IMG/VR virus record: IMGVR_UViG_3300036985_010229
Location: 1 to 60,445 of that record
DNA length: 60,445 nt
Origin: a virus
Lineage: Duplodnaviria; Caudoviricetes
Direction: 5' to 3' (one strand)
Shown here: positions 29,537 to 37,649 of the stretch, one piece after another
How positions within the stretch are numbered: position 1 is the first letter of the stretch
How the letters are laid out: every line of letters starts with the position of its first letter
Translations under genes and position numbers: made by a program
Notes under the pieces: model-generated
Told to the model about the DNA's origin: nothing
What the model saw: only the letters and a program-made list of their open reading frames with translations
Database searches by the model: none

Positions 29537-30004
29537 CTAGACCTGGGTCGGAACGGCCTGCTCCCCAACGGTCGGGTCGAACCAGACGTAGGGCATTCCG
29601 CCGGGAAGAATGTCCCAGAGTTCACGGGGCGCGCAGAACCCGGCCATTCCAAGGGCTCCGGCGAGGGTCACGAAGCTGTCGAGGGTTGGGTGCTCCGCCC
29701 ACTGGTCGCCGTTGCGGTCCATGCAGAGATTGAGGAACGTGTAGCCCCCACCACCGCCCATGAGGAACTCGTCGGTGACGGTCTCTCGAATGAGCGTCCG
29801 GACCTTCTCCCGGTTCGCTTCGAGGCGCACCGGGTCGAACCCAAACACCTGCATGATCCCATCGAAGAGGACGGCTCCTTCAGGGACCTCGCCGGGCTTC
29901 AACGTGGCCAAGAACTCGTCCCGGTAGAGCGAGTCCTCGACGAGCTTGTGAACCTGCGCTGCCTTCGATTCAGCCACCTCAACCCCCAGAGCTTTCCCGA
30001 GCAC
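29537..30004 (-). CDS. conserved hypothetical phage protein
   Basis: GGG.TFLN.CMD.NG.QW ... LPGGMPY motif. Confidence 0.65.
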   Translation of the reverse strand: MLGKALGVEVAESKAAQVHKLVEDSLYRDEFLATLKPGEVPEGAVLFDGIMQVFGFDPVRLEANREKVRTLIRETVTDEFLMGGGGGYTFLNLCMDRNGDQWAEHPTLDSFVTLAGALGMAGFCAPRELWDILPGGMPYVWFDPTVGEQAVPTQV

Positions 30005-30163
30005 GGGCGAGTCTCACAGCGTATGCAGCCCTGCATACCGCCTGACACGCCAAGTCGTAGGCATTCAAGCCACCGTGGTCGGCGGCTTCCAGCATGGCGA
30101 TCCCAGCCTCGACCAAGAGGCGCTCGGCCTGCTCAACTTCGCTGGGTTCGGCACTTGATTGGG

Positions 30164-30436
30164 TCACCAGAGGTTCTCCGAGTAGAGCGTGTCGGAGTCA
30201 CCACCGCAGCGGCGAATGATCTGCCCTGCCGCCTTCGCAATGACGTGCGCCTCCATTCGGCCCACGAAGCGCCCGGTGTCCGTGACGAACCCCTGGACGC
30301 ACCGCTCCTCACTCCTGGGATTGAACGCTTCTCCCATGACCGCAAACACTGAGTGGTGCCGCCCCGGAGGTGGCACCGAGTAGACCGTCCCGTTAGGGTG
30401 CCGGATCGCCACCGCTGCGATCCGCTCGGTCACCAC
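30164..30436 (-). CDS. conserved hypothetical phage protein (paralog A)
   Basis: PGRH...QGF.T..GRFV.R.EA..IA..AGQI......LYSENLW. Confidence 0.75.
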   Translation of the reverse strand: MVTERIAAVAIRHPNGTVYSVPPPGRHHSVFAVMGEAFNPRSEERCVQGFVTDTGRFVGRMEAHVIAKAAGQIIRRCGGDSDTLYSENLW

Positions 30437-30693
30437 ACGTCCTCCGACCGCAGCTTGCCCACAGGCAGGTCGATCTGACCGGACAGGTACGCGATCTTGG
30501 CAGCTTCCTCGCGGGTCACGAACTGCCCGGCGTTCGTCAGGAAGCCCTCGACGGCGGAGGAGAGGGGGAAAACACGACGCTTCCCCCCGTCCTCGTTGCG
30601 GACGTAGGACTCAATGATGTTGACGTGACGGCCTGGGGCGTCCACCGAAAACACCTCACCGCGAACCAGGATTGCAGCTTTCTCGATTCTCAT
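30430..30693 (-). CDS. conserved hypothetical phage protein (paralog B)
   Basis: PGRH...EGFLT..GQFV.R.EA..IA..SGQI......L.SEDVW. Confidence 0.75.
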   Translation of the reverse strand: MRIEKAAILVRGEVFSVDAPGRHVNIIESYVRNEDGGKRRVFPLSSAVEGFLTNAGQFVTREEAAKIAYLSGQIDLPVGKLRSEDVW

Positions 30694-30744
30694 TGAAGAC
30701 CCACGAATCCCTCGACCTTACCCATAGTCTGGTTGTGCCTTTCG

Positions 30745-31011
30745 CTAGCCCAGATCAGGCTCCGGCCAGCCCTTCTCTTCTCGGAACCACTTGTTGATCG
30801 GTGCGTCGGTCAGGCTCTTGGCGCTGAGCTTGTGGCCCAAGGGGGCGAGCCGGGTCTTGAGACACCCCCAGTGCATATGCCCGTTGCGCTCTCGACCCTG
30901 GGCTGTGGCAAGACACCACAGGCCGTCACGGACCATGTAGTAGTCCAAGACGGGGGTGCCACAGTGGACGCACTGTGGCACCTCGAAGACCTCTTTCTCG
31001 AAGTTTGCCAT
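30745..31011 (-). CDS. small zinc-binding phage protein
   Basis: C.HCG....YYMV.D.LW...H..CL..RL......LTDAPIN. Confidence 0.7.
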   Translation of the reverse strand: MANFEKEVFEVPQCVHCGTPVLDYYMVRDGLWCLATAQGRERNGHMHWGCLKTRLAPLGHKLSAKSLTDAPINKWFREEKGWPEPDLG

Positions 31012-31012
31012 T

Positions 31013-31435
31013 TTAGAAGCTCGGGTCGCGGTAGGTGCGACGGTTGCCGAAGCTCAGGGTGCCGCCGGGCGACTTCGCGGACTGCCCGACGAGCTTCCAC
31101 TGGCCGTTCGCCCGGAGGCTGAACTTGTGGACCGCACCGTTGGGGTCGCGCTCGTAGGTGTAGGTCTGCGACTCGGAGAGCCCGTTGGCGTCGGTGCGGG
31201 TCGCCTTGTCCTCCTGGACGGTGACGAGCTTGCCGTTCGCGGACACCTCGACGACGGTGCAGGCGTGGGTGTCGGTCCACACGCGGTAGGTCGCGCCCTT
31301 GCCGACGAACGAGGGGCGTGCGATCCGGTGCTGAATGCACGACGAGAAGCCTTCGTCGCCGGGTCCCTGATTGGTGCCACACTGCGAGCAGTAGGTCAGG
31401 GCGAAGCGGGGGGTCGTGGCGGTCTGGGTGTCCAT
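31013..31435 (-). CDS. hypothetical protein
   Basis: Strong GAGGAG SD and a bipartite promoter upstream; VG.GAT...WTD..A.TV..V ... YRDPSF. Confidence 0.7.
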   Translation of the reverse strand: MDTQTATTPRFALTYCSQCGTNQGPGDEGFSSCIQHRIARPSFVGKGATYRVWTDTHACTVVEVSANGKLVTVQEDKATRTDANGLSESQTYTYERDPNGAVHKFSLRANGQWKLVGQSAKSPGGTLSFGNRRTYRDPSF

Positions 31436-31454
31436 GTTCGTCTCCTCACCCCAT

Positions 31455-31480
31455 AAGCGAACGGCGAGGAGCCTTTTACA
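31455..31480 (-). promoter_or_regulatory. bipartite promoter TGTAAA-N15-CGCTT
   Basis: Motif copy followed by an SD and ATG. Confidence 0.8.
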
Positions 31481-31970
31481 TGATCCGCTCAGCAAGATCG
31501 TCAAGTACGTCCGCCACGCCGCTTTCCCCAGGGCAGTCGGGGCAGCGGAGGCTGCGCTCGTAGTAGCCCGCACACGAGGGCTTGCCCTCGTTGATCAGCG
31601 GGTGGTTCGGGGCTCGCCGCGACGCACACTGTTCGAGGAGGCTGGTACGCAGCGCCGCTGCTGCCTCAACAAGAGCCTCACGCTGAACACGGCGGTCGTA
31701 CTGCTGCGCGAGGTCCGTGAAGCTCACAGCGAGGGCTGCGTGAAGAACCTCGGAGCACCGCGCCACCGTGTGTTGGAGCCCAGCCCTGTCGGCATGGGGG
31801 TCAGACACGGAGGCGTCGAGAGCGTCCCGCGCAATCTGATACGCGAGCGCAGCCTCCTTCAATCGAGCGAAAGCGCCGAGAAGGGTGTTGCGCTCCCCCC
31901 TGAAGTGCTCGACGAGACTCCGGGCCTCTTCGAGTTCACGTTGGCGTGTGGCAGTCTCTCGTTGAGTCAT
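31476..31970 (-). CDS. hypothetical protein
   Basis: AGGAG SD before MTQRE... Confidence 0.55.
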   Translation of the reverse strand: MTQRETATRQRELEEARSLVEHFRGERNTLLGAFARLKEAALAYQIARDALDASVSDPHADRAGLQHTVARCSEVLHAALAVSFTDLAQQYDRRVQREALVEAAAALRTSLLEQCASRRAPNHPLINEGKPSCAGYYERSLRCPDCPGESGVADVLDDLAERIM

Positions 31971-32112
31971 CTCCTGCCCCCCGCATAGGATTCTCAGACG
32001 GCAGAGCGAGAGCCTCTGCCGCCCGCTGGTGACTCTCGCGCTCCATGTCTTGCGGGTCCGCAAGGTACATGAGTTCGCGCAGCGCACGCTCAATCTTCTC
32101 AGCGCGGGTCAT
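31936..32112 (-). CDS. small protein (MTRAEKIE module)
   Basis: 58-aa ORF absent from the supplied track; N-terminus similar to 56498-57196. Confidence 0.45.
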   Translation of the reverse strand: MTRAEKIERALRELMYLADPQDMERESHQRAAEALALPSENPMRGAGDDSTRDCHTPT

Positions 32113-32341
32113 GTGCCCCCAAAGCTGCCCGCAGCAGACAGTACACGCACTTGCCGCACGGCTCCATGCCGGTGACTACCACCATGCTCCCGTGCCCGGC
32201 GTCCGGGTAGATACAGGGGAACTTTTCGAGCACGGCCTCTGCCGCAGCCTCAATCTTCGAGGCTCGGGTCGGCTGGCTCTCGTGTGCCGTCCTAGGAAGG
32301 GTCGAGCGGAAGGCTCGGGCTGCGATTCGCTTGGGCTTCAT
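32099..32341 (-). CDS. small Cys-containing protein
   Basis: TRASKIEAAA...CGKCVYCLLRAAL; GGCGTAAG upstream. Confidence 0.55.
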   Translation of the reverse strand: MKPKRIAARAFRSTLPRTAHESQPTRASKIEAAAEAVLEKFPCIYPDAGHGSMVVVTGMEPCGKCVYCLLRAALGAHDPR

Positions 32342-32356
32342 GTCCTGCCTTACGCC

Positions 32357-32956
32357 CTACCCAGGCCAACGGTAGAGCCGATTCTGTCGCTCGCACTGCT
32401 CACGAGCCCACGACCCCTTCCACGAGACGCGGCGGGCGAAGCGGCGGTGGAGGGCCTTCATTTCGGGGACGTTGTCGGCGCAGATATTGTCCCAAATGTC
32501 GAACCAAGCGGCGTCCCACCTCTCGCCCTTGGGCGGCTGCCACGAGAGAATGTCAGCCTGAATGACGGTGACGCGACCGGGGAACTGCGAGGTCAGCCAC
32601 GGGGCGACCAGCTTGATCACGTCGGGCGACTGCTCGACGATCGTGACGTGCGTGACTTCGGGCTTCATGAGCATGGCGCGGGCGACCATGCCGATCCCGA
32701 GTCCGGCCACGAGGCAGCGGCCCTTCGCCTGGAAGATCGCACCACGGTGGTCGCGGATCTCGTCCGGCGTGTCGCTCATGATCACCTGACCGTTGCGCGT
32801 GAGCGAGGTGTACGTCCCTGCGGGGACGCCGCGACCCCCGCTGAAGAGAGCACGCATTCGCTCCAACTTCGCGGCCTCCTCAGAGACGGTGAAGCGAGAG
32901 ACCTTCCACGATCCTGAGACGCCTTCGGGGAGATCGACCTGGTACGGGTGGTTCAT
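32357..32956 (-). CDS. spermidine-synthase-like class I SAM-binding protein
   Basis: MSDTP.E, GRCLVAGLGIGM, VTIVEQSPDVI, D.AWFDIW. Confidence 0.75.
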   Translation of the reverse strand: MNHPYQVDLPEGVSGSWKVSRFTVSEEAAKLERMRALFSGGRGVPAGTYTSLTRNGQVIMSDTPDEIRDHRGAIFQAKGRCLVAGLGIGMVARAMLMKPEVTHVTIVEQSPDVIKLVAPWLTSQFPGRVTVIQADILSWQPPKGERWDAAWFDIWDNICADNVPEMKALHRRFARRVSWKGSWAREQCERQNRLYRWPG

Positions 32957-32971
32957 GGTTCCTCACCCCTG

Positions 32972-32997
32972 AAGCGAACGGGGGGACCCCTTTTACA
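32972..32997 (-). promoter_or_regulatory. bipartite promoter TGTAAA-N15-CGCTT
   Basis: Motif copy followed by GGTGAGG SD and ATG. Confidence 0.8.
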
Positions 32998-33223
32998 CGT
33001 TTCCCTGTTCGCCCTTGCTCTTTTCGATCCCCTCGCGGACGGCTTCTTCCACGAGAGCCAGCAGCCGCTTGCCGCCCGCCGAGTTCATGTCGAGGACGGG
33101 GTACTCAGCCCGCCACGTCTTGACAGCGAGCAGGGCGATCTTCCGTGGGTCCGCCACATAGTCGCTCGCCAGCATGGACTTGGTTCCGTCTTCGACCGAC
33201 AGATTGACGACGCCTACTCGCAT
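32993..33223 (-). CDS. hypothetical protein
   Basis: 76 aa, GAGGAG SD. Confidence 0.6.
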   Translation of the reverse strand: MRVGVVNLSVEDGTKSMLASDYVADPRKIALLAVKTWRAEYPVLDMNSAGGKRLLALVEEAVREGIEKSKGEQGNV

Positions 33224-33231
33224 GGTGCTCC

Positions 33232-33468
33232 TCAGGAAGGTGGCTCGGACGTGCCTTCGTGTGCGGCCCAGCAGCCGTAGTCCTTACACCCGACGAGAGG
33301 GCAGAGCGCCCCGTGTGCCGCCGGGACAAGCTCAGGGGATTGCATTGCGAAGCGGGCAAGCGCGACCGCGTTGGTCATGCGAATGATCCGCTCACGACCC
33401 CCCAGGCTCGGGCCGCCCATGAGGTAGAACGAGCCGAACTCCTTTCGGTACAGGGGATACTCGGTCAT
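33232..33468 (-). CDS. hypothetical protein
   Basis: MTEYPLY..., 78 aa. Confidence 0.5.
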   Translation of the reverse strand: MTEYPLYRKEFGSFYLMGGPSLGGRERIIRMTNAVALARFAMQSPELVPAAHGALCPLVGCKDYGCWAAHEGTSEPPS

Positions 33469-33470
33469 GG

Positions 33471-33659
33471 TCAGTTCGTCTCGGGTGAAGGGATCAGGAT
33501 CTGGTCCGTGTCCGAGTTGTACCCGACCCACTGTGCCCGCCGGTAGGCTTCGCTCTGCTCGGTGGTGAGCAGCTTGAGTGCCGCCCGCGCCCCGTTCATA
33601 ACGTCGTGCGGCACGTTCCGAGAGACTCCACCGTCTCTGTTTTTCAGGGTGACAATCAT
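33471..33659 (-). CDS. hypothetical protein
   Basis: 62 aa, ATGA overlap. Confidence 0.5.
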   Translation of the reverse strand: MIVTLKNRDGGVSRNVPHDVMNGARAALKLLTTEQSEAYRRAQWVGYNSDTDQILIPSPETN

Positions 33660-34312
33660 GAGACAGTCCTGCTCTCCTTGAGGAGTGTGTCGAGCCGCTG
33701 AAGTGCTGCGTGTGCGAAGACCATTGTGGTCGAGACGATCTTGCCTGAGGGGACACTCTCCCCGTCGCCGTTGAGCGCCTCGTAGACCTCTCGCCGGACT
33801 TCCTCGTGAGTGGAGTCCCCGACCATGTCCAGGGCGTGCTCCAGGGCTTCGCGGAGGTCCCGCTTCTTGGAGTCCACTGCGCCGTCCTCGTCCACCTCGC
33901 CCTCAGACGCCTGCTTGATCAGGTCTTGGATCTCTTCGCTGAGGGTGTCGTCGTCGTGGGTGTAGTACACGGTGTCCGCCGTGTTGGACCCGATCAGGGC
34001 CTTCTCCACGAAGTAGTGGTCGTCGGGGCGACCACGGACGGCCATCCAGTGGACGGTCGCGAGCGCGTTGTCCTCCGCCGAGAGCTTCTCGTTGGCGTGG
34101 AAGTAGGCGAAGATCACGGGGGAAATGTCCCCGTGAACGAGGAGCTTCCGGCCTGCGAGGACGATCACCTCGAACCAGAAGGTCGAGGTGCCCGGCTGCT
34201 TGACGAGCCAACGCCCGTGGCTCGACTCGACGATCTGGTGCTTCGCAAACGAGTTGCGAGCGTCTTCCATTTGGTCCGTGACGCGCTGCTTGGTGCTGCG
34301 AGTGGGCTTCAT
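33656..34312 (-). CDS. conserved hypothetical phage protein
   Basis: 218 aa; F..H......W....PGTS.FWF.V......L.V.GD. Confidence 0.7.
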   Translation of the reverse strand: MKPTRSTKQRVTDQMEDARNSFAKHQIVESSHGRWLVKQPGTSTFWFEVIVLAGRKLLVHGDISPVIFAYFHANEKLSAEDNALATVHWMAVRGRPDDHYFVEKALIGSNTADTVYYTHDDDTLSEEIQDLIKQASEGEVDEDGAVDSKKRDLREALEHALDMVGDSTHEEVRREVYEALNGDGESVPSGKIVSTTMVFAHAALQRLDTLLKESRTVS

Positions 34313-34319
34313 GCGTGCC

Positions 34320-34733
34320 TCAGTTCAGGGTGGCCCGGCGTGCGCGGTACCGCGCAATCACGGCGTGCATTTCCGCGAACATTTCGTCCACGGTCGAGGC
34401 GGGCATTGACGGGTCCACCACGAGCACTGACGTGCCGACAACGTCCCCGCCGGGGTTGACCGCACACTGGTAGAGCACGGACGCGACCGGGCTGACCTTC
34501 CGGCCCTTGAGGCGACCTTCCTCGTCGAGCCAGAGGCTCCCGAGTCCGGGGAGCACCACCAGTTCCACGCAGTCGCAGTCACACAGCCGGTAGAGGGCTT
34601 CGAGCTTGGGCTCGAACCCGGTGTCCTCGTAGTGGTCGAAGAGCGTCTCAGTCTCCTCCGCCGAGAGGCGACGAGGCGACTCGCTGCCCTCAGGGAAGAC
34701 GTAGACCGCGACAGGCTTGGTGGTCATGTACAT
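34320..34733 (-). CDS. DUF3846-like protein
   Basis: LEALY.L..CDCVELV....LWLDEEGRLK......AS......DVVG..VLV. Confidence 0.7.
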   Translation of the reverse strand: MYMTTKPVAVYVFPEGSESPRRLSAEETETLFDHYEDTGFEPKLEALYRLCDCDCVELVVLPGLGSLWLDEEGRLKGRKVSPVASVLYQCAVNPGGDVVGTSVLVVDPSMPASTVDEMFAEMHAVIARYRARRATLN

Positions 34734-34738
34734 GGCGA

Positions 34739-34981
34739 TCAGGCTCCGTAGAATTCCGAGTTGGGGTGCCGCACGAGGAAGGTTGCGACTTCGAGCTTGT
34801 GATCGAGACGTTGGCCAGGCCCGAAACCTGACTGACGATCGAACCACGCGAAGTACCGGACCATGCGTTCGCAGTTCCCCGAGCCGCTCAGAATGCTCTC
34901 CGTCTCGACGGAGGGCGTCTGGAAGAGGCTGCAACGAGCCCCCTTTTTCCCAGGGGTTGCGAGGTGGAGATTGGTGCTCAT
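34739..34981 (-). CDS. hypothetical protein
   Basis: 80 aa, GGCGTAAG upstream. Confidence 0.6.
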   Translation of the reverse strand: MSTNLHLATPGKKGARCSLFQTPSVETESILSGSGNCERMVRYFAWFDRQSGFGPGQRLDHKLEVATFLVRHPNSEFYGA

Positions 34982-35024
34982 GGTCAGTCCTGCTTACGCC
35001 TTGCTGCTGATTGGGCTGTCTCTT

Positions 35025-35119
35025 AGCGCCGGAGCGTGGACTCGAACCACCAGGTTTGACCCTGCCCTCCCAACCCTTGCGGGCCACCACCTGGTGCTTT
35101 CTGGAGGGTACCGACACCC
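35025..35119 (-). ncRNA. putative structured small RNA (terminal stem, pseudoknot, GNRA hairpin, T-loop arm); tRNA/Y-RNA-like but not a canonical tRNA
   Basis: Intergenic and starts right after the promoter at 35123-35148. Pairings: GGTGTCGG/CCGGCGCT, CCCTCC/GGAGGG, CACCAGGT/ACCTGGTG, GGCCC-GCAA-GGGTT, GTGG-TTCGAGT-CCAC. Confidence 0.6.
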
Positions 35120-35122
35120 ATG

Positions 35123-35148
35123 AAGCGAACGGGGGGAGCCCTTTTACA
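35123..35148 (-). promoter_or_regulatory. bipartite promoter TGTAAA-N15-CGCTT
   Basis: Motif copy upstream of the structured RNA. Confidence 0.8.
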
Positions 35149-35165
35149 CGATTCGTCGGGGTCTT

Positions 35166-35798
35166 TCAGATCTTCGGCGGCTGCCGCCGAACGGAACTCT
35201 TGACCTTCACGTTGAGCTTCGTCTTGTTCGCGTAGGTGTGGCAGGGGACAATGTTGAACCCGAGCATTCGCTCCGCCGCAGCAACGACGAACTTGAGGGG
35301 CTGGTGGACCGAGCTACGCTCGATCTCGATTGGGACGCCCACAGAGCGGGTGAGCACACGCCCCCTGCTGTCCGGGAGGTAGTGCCACCCGTCCTCACGC
35401 AACGCCTTGTCCTTTGCAAACCATGCGTCCACGTCGGACTGGTTGAGCACCTTGAACTCGCGGCACCAACCACCGCCCCACGCACCGCCCCACGCGCAGT
35501 AGGAGGTCGTGCCCCGGTCGATCCCCGCGTCGATTGCACGGCTCAGAATGGTCGGGCCAGTGTCTGACCTGTCCGAAGCGAAGATCGCCTCGATACGGTG
35601 TGGGTAGCACTCACCATGGTGAGTGTCGATCACCACGTCTCCGACGCGGATCGTGTCTCCCGCCCCGACACACTCGGTCAGGGTGCCCGGTGCGGTCGCG
35701 TGAATGATCGTGGAGCCGATCTGAAGGCTCCCGACGCCCAGGAACCCCATGTTCTCTGCAATGGCGTCTACGAGCGCCTGCTCTTCCTTGCTGGTCAT
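35166..35798 (-). CDS. hypothetical protein
   Basis: 210 aa, coupled. Confidence 0.65.
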   Translation of the reverse strand: MTSKEEQALVDAIAENMGFLGVGSLQIGSTIIHATAPGTLTECVGAGDTIRVGDVVIDTHHGECYPHRIEAIFASDRSDTGPTILSRAIDAGIDRGTTSYCAWGGAWGGGWCREFKVLNQSDVDAWFAKDKALREDGWHYLPDSRGRVLTRSVGVPIEIERSSVHQPLKFVVAAAERMLGFNIVPCHTYANKTKLNVKVKSSVRRQPPKI

Positions 35799-35974
35799 TC
35801 GTGTCTCCTGTGGAGCTTCTCGTCTTGGACCGCGTCATATGCGCGTTCGGCCTGCTCACGACTCGTGTTGATCCCCTCACGAGCCTGCGTTGCTTGGATC
35901 ACGGACACCACCAGCCTTCGGCGGAGGTCCGGGTCTCGGAGGATCTCCTTCACGTCTACCCGTCTGCCGGTCAT
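35795..35974 (-). CDS. hypothetical protein
   Basis: 59-aa ORF MTGRRVDVKEILRDPDLRR..., GGAG SD, ATGA overlap. Confidence 0.55.
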   Translation of the reverse strand: MTGRRVDVKEILRDPDLRRRLVVSVIQATQAREGINTSREQAERAYDAVQDEKLHRRHE

Positions 35975-36018
35975 TGGTGTCTCCGTGTCTCAGCTTTCAA
36001 GGTGCTGAGCTACCTGTC

Positions 36019-36228
36019 TCACCCGTCAGTCTCCGTGAATCGGATCTTGAGGCGCTCGCCGGACTCGACGATCTCCCCGGACGCCCACCAGGAACGCTTC
36101 CCCTTGATACGCCGTGCGCCCGCCGTGCTGACCTTGAAGTGCCCCACGAGGGACTGAGGCGTGAGGATTTCGAGGTCGTAGACCTTGCCGGGCTCGACCA
36201 CGAACGTCACCGAACGCGGGGCAGCCAT
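36019..36228 (-). CDS. hypothetical protein
   Basis: GGAGG SD, 69 aa. Confidence 0.55.
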   Translation of the reverse strand: MAAPRSVTFVVEPGKVYDLEILTPQSLVGHFKVSTAGARRIKGKRSWWASGEIVESGERLKIRFTETDG

Positions 36229-36393
36229 GTCACCACCTCCGGGCATTGGAGACGCCGGGCCAACCGGCCCCAATGTTCCCGCCGTTGCACGAGCGGGCCT
36301 CCGCGTCGCGGTTGCTGTTGAGGAAGATTGCGGTGTGCTCCGCCGCCTTGTCCCCGAGCCGCCCGAGCAGGATCAGCGTGTCGATTGAGAGCC

Positions 36394-36585
36394 TCACCGG
36401 ACCACCTCGTGGGAGCACTCGGCTCCGCAGTTGCGGCACTGGAAGTGGGTGCGGTTGCCGAGCGTCCCGAGCACGCCGACCGGCCCGCCACACAGAGCGC
36501 AGGGCTCCGGCTCTTCGGGGAAGTACTCAAGGCAGAGGTCTTCCTCGCCCGCGAACATCTCTTCCCGTGCTGCTTGATGGTTCAT
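36394..36585 (-). CDS. zinc-ribbon protein
   Basis: C.LCGG....LG.LG...HF.CRNCG; variant promoter upstream. Confidence 0.65.
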   Translation of the reverse strand: MNHQAAREEMFAGEEDLCLEYFPEEPEPCALCGGPVGVLGTLGNRTHFQCRNCGAECSHEVVR

Positions 36586-36609
36586 GGTGTCTCGTCTCCC
36601 TCGTCTTAG

Positions 36610-36635
36610 TAACGGGGTAGGGGGCGAAGATTACA
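36610..36635 (-). promoter_or_regulatory. variant bipartite promoter TGTAAT-N15-CGTTA
   Basis: Same 15-nt spacer; intergenic. Confidence 0.55.
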
Positions 36636-36656
36636 CGCTTCAATTACTCTTTTGTC

Positions 36657-36962
36657 TCACCAATCGCTCTTCGCGAGGGCAGATACATCTACCGTTCGCT
36701 CAATCTTCGGCCACCCGCGACCGGAGATAACCACCCGATCTCCCTCACGAGATTCAACCGTAACCCGGTCGTACCGTCCAATCTCAATGGCTGTGACCCC
36801 AGGAACACACCAGTCGGTCGGCAGATTGAGGCAGGGGCACACACGCTGACATGACGAACAGAGCATGCGCCAGCACCCGTTGCGACACTTGCGTCGTGGC
36901 TCCCTCATGCTCGGAACCTCGCACACCTGGCAGCTTTTCCGCTTGTTGCTTCCAAGTCTCAT
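36657..36962 (-). CDS. Cys-rich hypothetical protein
   Basis: CQVC...CRNGC...CSSC..CPC. Confidence 0.45.
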   Translation of the reverse strand: MRLGSNKRKSCQVCEVPSMREPRRKCRNGCWRMLCSSCQRVCPCLNLPTDWCVPGVTAIEIGRYDRVTVESREGDRVVISGRGWPKIERTVDVSALAKSDW

Positions 36963-36972
36963 GGCTGCGCGA

Positions 36973-37281
36973 TCACCCCTTCTGACCCGCGAAGCCGTTG
37001 ATTTGCTCCCAGCCCGATCCGCCGTGCATCGGGCTAGACCCAGGGCCGAACCACCGGTCGTTGCTCGACGTGGTGAAGCCACGAGTGCGCTTCTCGAACG
37101 CCCTGGGGGCGAGCTTGAGGCCGTAGCTCTCCAGGTCCGCCCGGACCTTGTTCCGCGACCGCTGGAGCCCGTAGGCAAGCTCCCCGAGGTCCTCGTGCGT
37201 GAACTGGTCCTGCTCTTCGTCCATGACGTACTGGACGAAGGACTCGATCGACTCGTACTCAGGGGCCGTCGGGGTGCTCAT
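36973..37281 (-). CDS. hypothetical protein (probably leaderless mRNA)
   Basis: ATG is 7 nt downstream of the CGCTT box; no SD. Confidence 0.65.
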   Translation of the reverse strand: MSTPTAPEYESIESFVQYVMDEEQDQFTHEDLGELAYGLQRSRNKVRADLESYGLKLAPRAFEKRTRGFTTSSNDRWFGPGSSPMHGGSGWEQINGFAGQKG

Positions 37282-37288
37282 ACCCTCT

Positions 37289-37368
37289 AAGCGAACGAGG
37301 GCACGAGCTTTACACGATTCAGTCGATTCCTGCGACCTATCATGTAAAAGCCAGTGCCCCATTCGCTT
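37289..37368. promoter_or_regulatory. divergent pair of bipartite promoters
   Basis: Minus copy at 37289-37314 and plus copy at 37343-37368, both TGTAAA-N15-CGCTT. Confidence 0.8.
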
Positions 37369-37387
37369 CATGGGTGAGGAAGACGAC

Positions 37388-37636
37388 ATGACCACCAAGG
37401 CCAACCGCACGAACGAGCTTCTCCAGACCCTCCACACGGAGGGTTGGACCAACGAGCAGTTCTGGGAGGCCCATGTCCTCCTCTCGACAATCTCCAATGA
37501 GGAGATGTTCGACCACATTCCCTTCCGCTCACTCCTCGTCTACTGGACGGAGGAGGAGGGCAAGCGGATCGAGTACGGCGAGCACGAGGGGTGCTCCCCC
37601 GAGCTAGTGGCGCAGTTTCGCGCCCTCTGGTCGTGA
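37388..37636 (+). CDS. hypothetical protein
   Basis: 82 aa with GAGG SD and its own promoter. Confidence 0.65.
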   Translation: MTTKANRTNELLQTLHTEGWTNEQFWEAHVLLSTISNEEMFDHIPFRSLLVYWTEEEGKRIEYGEHEGCSPELVAQFRALWS

Positions 37637-37649
37637 GCCCCTCAGGGGG

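Noticed and set aside
35025-35119. Canonical tRNA gene
   Set aside because: The T-loop is present, but there is no proper D-arm or anticodon arm, acceptor pairing is out of register with the T-arm, and there is no CCA. Kept as an unclassified ncRNA.
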